DNA of 64,000 nt from Octopus sinensis (taxonomy: Eukaryota): positions 52,142,001 to 52,206,000 of the forward strand of contig NC_043015.1 in assembly GCF_006345805.1 (NCBI RefSeq), given 5' to 3'. This document shows, piece after piece, positions 56,601 through 64,000 of the stretch. The notes below the pieces were generated by a model. The model was not told the DNA's origin. It saw nothing but the letters and a program-made list of their open reading frames with translations, and made no database searches. The stretch's first letter is position 1; every line of letters starts with the position of its first letter. The translations under genes were made by a program, and so were the position numbers.

Positions 56601-56814
56601 ACATTGTCTTCAAATTTTTGGCACAATGCCAGCAGTTTTCTGGACAGGGAATATGTCAATTGAATCAACGCCAGAACTCAGCTGGTATTTATTTCAGTCG
56701 ACCCCCGAAGAGTCGGCTCCGGCGGCGTTAGAACTCAGAACGTAAAGTCAGAAGATATAGCATGAAGCATCTTGTCCGGGACAGTAACAATCGAGCCAGC
56801 TCCTCATTTCCTGT

Positions 56815-56819
56815 TTATT

Positions 56820-56861
<42 letters not shown>

Positions 56862-56992
56862 AGGCAGCAGCAGCAGCAGTAGTAGTAATAGTTGTATAGT
56901 TATAGTAGTAGTGGAAGCAGCAGCAATAATGGTAGTAGTAGTAGTAGTAGTGGTGGTAGCAGCAGCAGTAGTGGTGGTAGTAACAGTATAGT

Positions 56993-57027
<35 letters not shown>

Positions 57028-57578
57028 TAGTAGTAGCAGCAGCAGTAGCAAAAGTAGAAATAGTAGTAGTAGAAGTAGTAGTTGTAGTAGTACTAGTAGT
57101 AACAGCAGCAGTAGTAGTAGTAATAGCAGAAGCAGTAGCAGTAGCAGTAGTAGCGATAGTGGTAGTAGTAGTAGTAGTAGCACGGTAGTAGTAGTAGTAG
57201 TAGTTGTGGTAGTAGAAGCAGTAGATGAAGAAGAAAAAGAACCCGATGGAGATGGTCATGGTGGAGGTAGTAGTAGTGGTGGTTTTAGTCGTTACGGTGG
57301 TTTCAGTGTTGATGGTCATGGTTGAGGTACTTGAATTGGTGGTAGTTTTGGAGAAGGCTAGTTGCCCTGATTGTAGCGGATGTAACAGTTATGGTCCAGG
57401 TATTTGTGGAAGTGATGGCAGCGGGTGTAGTGGTGGTGGAGGTGGTAGTAATGGCAGTAATGGTAATAGTGGTAATGATGGTGGTAGTAGTAGTGGTGAT
57501 ATTCAGTAGTAACAGCCGTTGCGATCTTTGCAGGGGTGATGCAACAGCAACAACAGGCAGCAGTGGCAGTAGTAGTAA

Positions 57579-57659
<81 letters not shown>

Positions 57660-58330
57660 TAGTGGCAGTGGTGATTGTTGTGCTATTTGTTGATGAGGCG
57701 GTGATGTGTCTCGTCGTTGAGTCAGAGGCGACGGCGTTGATGGTTGTTGTTGTTGTTGTTGGTAGTGGCAGTGGTGGTGGTGGTGGTGGTGGTGATGGTG
57801 CTAGATAGTGTTGTAGTTGTAGTGGCGGTTGTGATAATATTGAGCGTGGTGTGTTAGTGCGGAGCCAATAGTCCCCTAATCTATAATGTTGAGCTCGGAG
57901 AGAAGACCCGCTGTTGCTCCTGGTTTTGGTGGATGTACTATAGTGAGTTTGTAATGGTGACCCTGGTAGAATTGACGGCTGCGGCAGCGGTGATGGTTGA
58001 TGGTGACAATGGTGGTATCAGCGAATCCGGCGGCGGCGGCGGCGCGGAGGCTGTGGTGATAGCAGCGGTGACGGCAGCGTTGGAGGCAGCAGTGACGGCA
58101 GCAATGGTAGAAGCGGCAGCAATTGTAGAAGCGGCAGCGGCAGCAGTGGTGGAGGAAGTTATTGGTGGTGACGATAGCAGTGGGGTTAGCAGGAGTTGCA
58201 GTGTCGGAGGCAGTGGCGGCGATAACAGCAACACTGGTAGCGTCAGCAGCAGTGGTGGTGCTGGTGCAAAAGGCAGTGGTGGGGTCGCGGTGGTGCTGGC
58301 GATGGAGTAGCAGTAGAAGTAGTAGTAGCT

Positions 58331-58394
<64 letters not shown>

Positions 58395-58687
58395 CAGCAG
58401 CAGCAGCACTGGCAGCAGTTGTAGTAGCAGCAGTAGTAGCAGTAATAATAGTACAGGCGATACTAGTGGTAAGGAGTTCGAGATTCGACAGTGGTAGTAG
58501 CACTGATGACAGTGGTGCAGTCGTGGTGGAAGTTGTGGTTGTGGTGGTGGTCGTGACGGCGGCGTTGATGGTTGTAGTGAGGTGATGGTGGTGGTGGAGG
58601 TGGCGGTAGTGATGATGATAACGTTGTTTGCAGTACTAATGATAATATCGAGGAAGATGTGATGACGACGTCGACGAGGAGGAGGAC

Positions 58688-58733
<46 letters not shown>

Positions 58734-60110
58734 ATGAGGATGATGGTGATGATGATGATATTGATGCTGGTGGTGATGGTGGTGATGATATTGATGTGGT
58801 GGTGATGGTGGTGGTGGTGGTAGTCGTCGTGTGTGCGGTAATAGTGGTGACATCGGTGATGATGGTGCTGTTGCTGTTATTGCTGTTGTTGTTGTTGTTG
58901 TTGTGGTTGTAGTTGTACCGACGGTGTGAGTGCTAGCAGTGGTTCTACTAACGTTGGCATTGATGGCGGTGGTGTTGATAACGGTGGTGATGGCGGTCTG
59001 AGTCTTGTTATACGTTAGAAATGCCAGTTGAAGGCGAGTGACATTTGTTAATTTTCATCCGTCACTAATGAGAGGCTCATTGTTAATTCATGTAACATTT
59101 GCCGTAAAATGTTAGGCGCAACCATCAAACTTGTACATTCTCAACTGGTGTAAACACAATAACTGTGACGTCACAACAGGGAATGGGTGGAAGACTTGAG
59201 GACCGAGGGAGTGTAGGGTCGGGGAAGAAATATAAAGTGTATGGAATGAATGGAAGAGGGGGAGAAAATGTGGGAGCTCAATAAAGAGGGAAACAGCAGG
59301 GAATGAGGCGACGAAATACTGCGATGGGTAGAAGGTTTTGATATATATATATATATATATAATATATGCTACTCTCTCCCTCTAAATAAATATATAAAGA
59401 TATGAACAGAGAGATAGAGGCAAGAGAGAGAGAGAGAGAGATTAATAGGGATACATACACACACATACATATAGATAGATACATACATATACATATAATA
59501 ACTTGATACACACACACAAGCGTACATACGTACAAACATACAAACATGCATGCATGCGTACGTACTTACCTGCATGCATATTTACATACATACATACATA
59601 CACACACACATACATACATTCATGCACGCATACACCTACGTACACACATGCACACACACACATATATATACGTGTATGCATACATACAAACTTACCTACA
59701 TACATACATAAGTAGATGCATAGAAACATAGAAAGTGCATGAGGAGAAGTATGAGTGTAATAGAGAAAGATGAGCAAAGAGGGAAGGGAGGATGAAAGAA
59801 GACATGATGAGAGTCCAATCGACATTTAATGAAACTCATTGTAGTGAAGATGGCAGCCATTTTGGATACAGTTATATAGCAGTAGAAGTGGTGGGAGGGT
59901 GGTGGTAGCGGTTGTGATGGTGATGGTGGTGGTAGTGGTTGTGATGGTGGTACTGGTGGTGGTGGTGGTGGTGGTATTCGCGCCAGCGTGAGCCTTGGTT
60001 GTAGCAGTTGATGTGATAGTAAAATCGTCTATGGTGATGACTGATGGTGATGATGCCGATTGATGTTGATCGGGTTTGATTGATGGGAATGCTTTTGCTA
60101 ATGCGGTTGC
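56815..60110. repeat. Extended, partly decayed (GTA), (GCA), (GGT), (GGC) and (GAT) trinucleotide domain, interrupted by unique and dinucleotide sequence at about 59000-59850
   Basis: Seen directly; source of many low-complexity ORFs. Confidence 0.85.
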
Positions 60111-60170
60111 TGGTGTCCAATTCATCTCCCTAAGTCCTTGTTTTGTTTTTATACTTTGTTTTTGTTGTAG

Positions 60171-60257
60171 CTGTTGTTGTTAATCAACGCGAAATCTTCG
60201 CTGATCCAGGAGACATTTTATCAAATACCTTATTCCCTACACATGGACATGCTTTTC
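60171..60257 (+). CDS. Candidate exon (phase 1 to 1) encoding VVVNQREIFADPGDILSNTLFPTHGHAF, resembling the N-terminal motif of class C (mGluR/CaSR-like) GPCRs
   Basis: Strong acceptor ttttgtttttatactttgtttttgttgtag| and donor TTC|GTATGC. PGDI-LSNT-LFPTH has the same spacing as the family motif (P)GDI-(I/L)LGG-LFP(I/V)H, but the usual GG is replaced. Confidence 0.42.
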
Positions 60258-60358
60258 GTATGCAAGCCGGCGGGGCTCGCTCTGAGCACTCTAATTTTTT
60301 CACAGTGAACGTACCGGCCGCCTCGGACACACATTCGTATACCTTTCCATATTTTTTA

Positions 60359-60550
60359 TAGGCACAGGGGGAGTAGTATGGTAAGAAACTTGCTTCCCAA
60401 CTGCATTGTTCCGGGTTCGTTCCCACTCCGTGGACCCTTGGGCAGGTATTTTCTACTATAGCCTCGGGTAGACCAATCAATGTCCTGTGCGACAGAAACT
60501 AAACAGTAGACCAATCAATGTCCTGGTAGACAGAAACTAAAAGAAGCCCA
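60359..60550 (+). mobile_element. SINE family A 5' half with an internal ~38-bp tandem duplication
   Basis: agaccaatcaatgtcctg..gacagaaactaaa occurs twice (about 60468 and 60507). Confidence 0.8.
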
Positions 60551-60720
60551 TCGCTCTGTCTTCCCTTCTCTGGATCTTTCCTTCTCCTATGTTTCCGACG
60601 AAGAGCTCCGCTCGAAACGTTAAACGTTATTCTTTCCTGAGCGTCCAATAATACTATATTTGTTCCACGTCCTCGCGTTGTTGTGTTTTTTGTGCATTCT
60701 TGTATGGATTAACTATATGT
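60550..60720 (+). mobile_element. PLE-terminus-like element with a hammerhead-like motif
   Basis: CCGACGA-AGAGC(tcc)GCTC-GAAAC-gttaaacgtt at 60595-60628. Shares ttcctgagcgt...aatac with the 56090 family. Confidence 0.55.
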
Positions 60721-60724
60721 ATAT

Positions 60725-61600
<876 letters not shown>

Positions 61601-62499
61601 ATTTATCAAATTTGCCATAAAGGCATTACATAGATAAAAGCAAATGCGGGCTGGACAACAACACAAATGAAACGAATTATGAGCAAAATAATCATATTGA
61701 TGAGGGAAGCTGACAACGCCCGCCGATCGATGCTTCCCAAAAACGTTCTTTCTTTCTCTTTTATAAAACCAATTGAGGTTCATTGGGACAAAACGTCCTT
61801 TCAAATGAGGCAAAGAGCCTCTTACATTTTTCACAAATGGACTCCACGTCCTTACAAAATGAGGCACTAAGCCTCTTACCTTTTATTTACAACTCGAGAC
61901 ATTAAATTGTCTTACTTCCATCCCCAGCTAGGAACACTGCCTCATTCAAGCACCTGGAGGGTGCCAAGTTGGGACACTCTAGAATAAATTTAAATATATC
62001 TTCGGGGAAAGAGTTCATTATCCTGCACAATCGATTTCCCCTATGATCTCCGCAGCTACCTGCGGAGGCCAATCAGGGTCCTCAGTGCAGGACAGATCCC
62101 CTTCCCTCCGGCCTTTTTTTTTACCTTCTTTACAAGGTTTTCTAAAGGCAACACTGAGATAAAAGGCAACACTGACTTGGGTGAGGATTGAACTCGCCAT
62201 GTAACGAACCGAAATAGATAGGACAAAGCATTTTTTCACCGATATTCTAACGATTCAGTCAATCCACATCTTATTGACATCACAATAGCCATTAGCTTTG
62301 CTAACATTCCAGTTGTCATGACAACAAGTATTGCAGTTCGTAATGTCATCGACCACGTGACAGCAAACATCGTTGACGTCACTTTTGCGAGTTTCTAATC
62401 TCTCCGTCTGTTATCGTCAACGACATCACATCACCGAACATTTAACATCTAAGCAAATATGAGAATTACCATTCTGGATTAATTTCCTCACCCTGCTCC

Positions 62500-62743
62500 T
62501 CTCCGCCTCCTTCTCCTCTTCCTCGTCGGCGTCTTTATCACCGTTGTCATCGTCGCTGTCACGGTCTTTGTCGTCGCCGTCGGCGTCGTCGTCTTTATAC
62601 TCATTATCATCATCATGAAAACCACCGCCACCACCACCATCATCATGATCATCATCATCACTACCATCATTATCACCATCACCACAGCCACCTTCAACAT
62701 CATCACCACCATCACCACCACCACCACCACCACCATCATCATC

Positions 62744-62777
<34 letters not shown>

Positions 62778-63556
62778 TCATCAGCAGCAGCATCTTTGTC
62801 GTCCTCGACTCCGCCGCAGCTGTGATCGTGGTCATCATTATCATCATCGTCGGCATCGTCGTCCTCACCACCTCTACCACTACCACCACCTTCATCATCA
62901 TCATCATCATCATCAACGAAGCAACAACAGCTACATCAACGTGAGCTTCATCCACTCCATCAACTTTATTCCCCATATACACCAACTTCTGTCTCTCTAT
63001 CTCTATACTTCTCTCTTCCCCTCTCCCTTTTTCTCTCTCTCTCTTTCTATCTTCCCTTTTCTCCTCTCTCCCATTCTCAATCACATTATCTGAATCGGTC
63101 CCCCACTCTCTCTTTCTCTCTTATTGTCTCTTTCTTTCTTTCCTTTTCTCCCTCTTTCCATCTTCCTCTCTCTTTCCGTATCTCTCTCTCTCTTTCCATC
63201 TCTGTCTTTCTTTCCTTCTCTCTCTCTATCATATTTCTCTCTCTTTCCACATCTCTCCCTTTTCATCTCTCCCTCTCTTACCCTCTCTCTCTCACTTTCC
63301 GTCTCTCTGTCCTTCCATCTCTCTCTCTCCGTCTCTCACTCTTTCCGTCTCTCTCTCTTTCCACATCTCACTATCTTCCCATCTTTCTCTCTCCGTTTCC
63401 ATCTGTCCCTCTCTTGTCCTCTCTCTCTCTTTCCGCCTCTTTCTCTGTCTCTCTCTTCCCTTCTCTCTCTCCCTTTCTCTCTTTCCACATCTCTCTGTCT
63501 TCCCTTCTATCTCTCCGTTTTCATCTCTCCCTTTCTTACTGTCTCTCTCTCTCTTT

Positions 63557-63603
<47 letters not shown>

Positions 63604-63605
63604 CA
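62500..63605. repeat. (CAT/CAC)n array followed by a ~620-bp (CT)n-type tract
   Basis: Seen directly. Confidence 0.9.
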
Positions 63606-64000
63606 TTGATTGCCGTATCAGTCACGTTAAACACCATGACCCCCAGAAGATATATCAACAACGAAATATAAACCATGACACAATACCTACGGAAATAGCA
63701 GACAATTAGGATCCCTCATATTACATCAAACTGTCTTTAAAACGAGAACGACAAACGGACAGACATAATATAAGATACACAAGATACAACAAAGGCAGAA
63801 AGGACTCTGTAGTCATCGATGTTCTTGACCGGGGCTGACCTGCGACTAAGCAACAAAGTTACAACAATATAACTCCAACAATAATAAGTATTGCAATAAT
63901 AACAACAGGAAGATTAATATACTACCAACGCTAGTAACAATACTATCACACAACCACCATCACCACCACCAACCAGAGCAACGACAGCATCAAGTGGAGG

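Noticed and set aside
57876-58853. Long His-, Leu- and Ala-rich ORFs on both strands
   Set aside because: Decayed trinucleotide arrays that are open in several frames.

Overview
AT-rich animal genomic DNA saturated with microsatellites, most likely an octopus. That call is inferred from the tRNA-derived SINE families and the extreme di-, tri- and tetranucleotide repeat load; no database check was possible. Almost all of the ORF track is microsatellite artefact. Recognisable content: (i) a near full-length but decayed R4/Dong-clade RLE retrotransposon (21417-24880) sitting inside (TAA)n, plus smaller R4-type, CR1-group, L1/Tx1 and RTE LINE remnants; (ii) at least four tRNA-headed SINE families in many copies, including nested stacks and tail-swapped variants; (iii) three copies of a ~510-570-bp non-coding element associated with (TAA)n; (iv) an internally deleted mariner, a mariner MITE and a 377-bp non-autonomous Helitron; (v) eight hammerhead-ribozyme-like motifs resembling Penelope-like element (PLE) termini; (vi) a near-perfect 210-bp palindrome; (vii) a tentative chain of small + strand exons, one carrying a class C GPCR-like PGDIxxxxLFPxH motif. 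No rRNA, bona fide tRNA gene or CRISPR array was seen. Boundaries of decayed repeats are approximate (about 10-30 bp).
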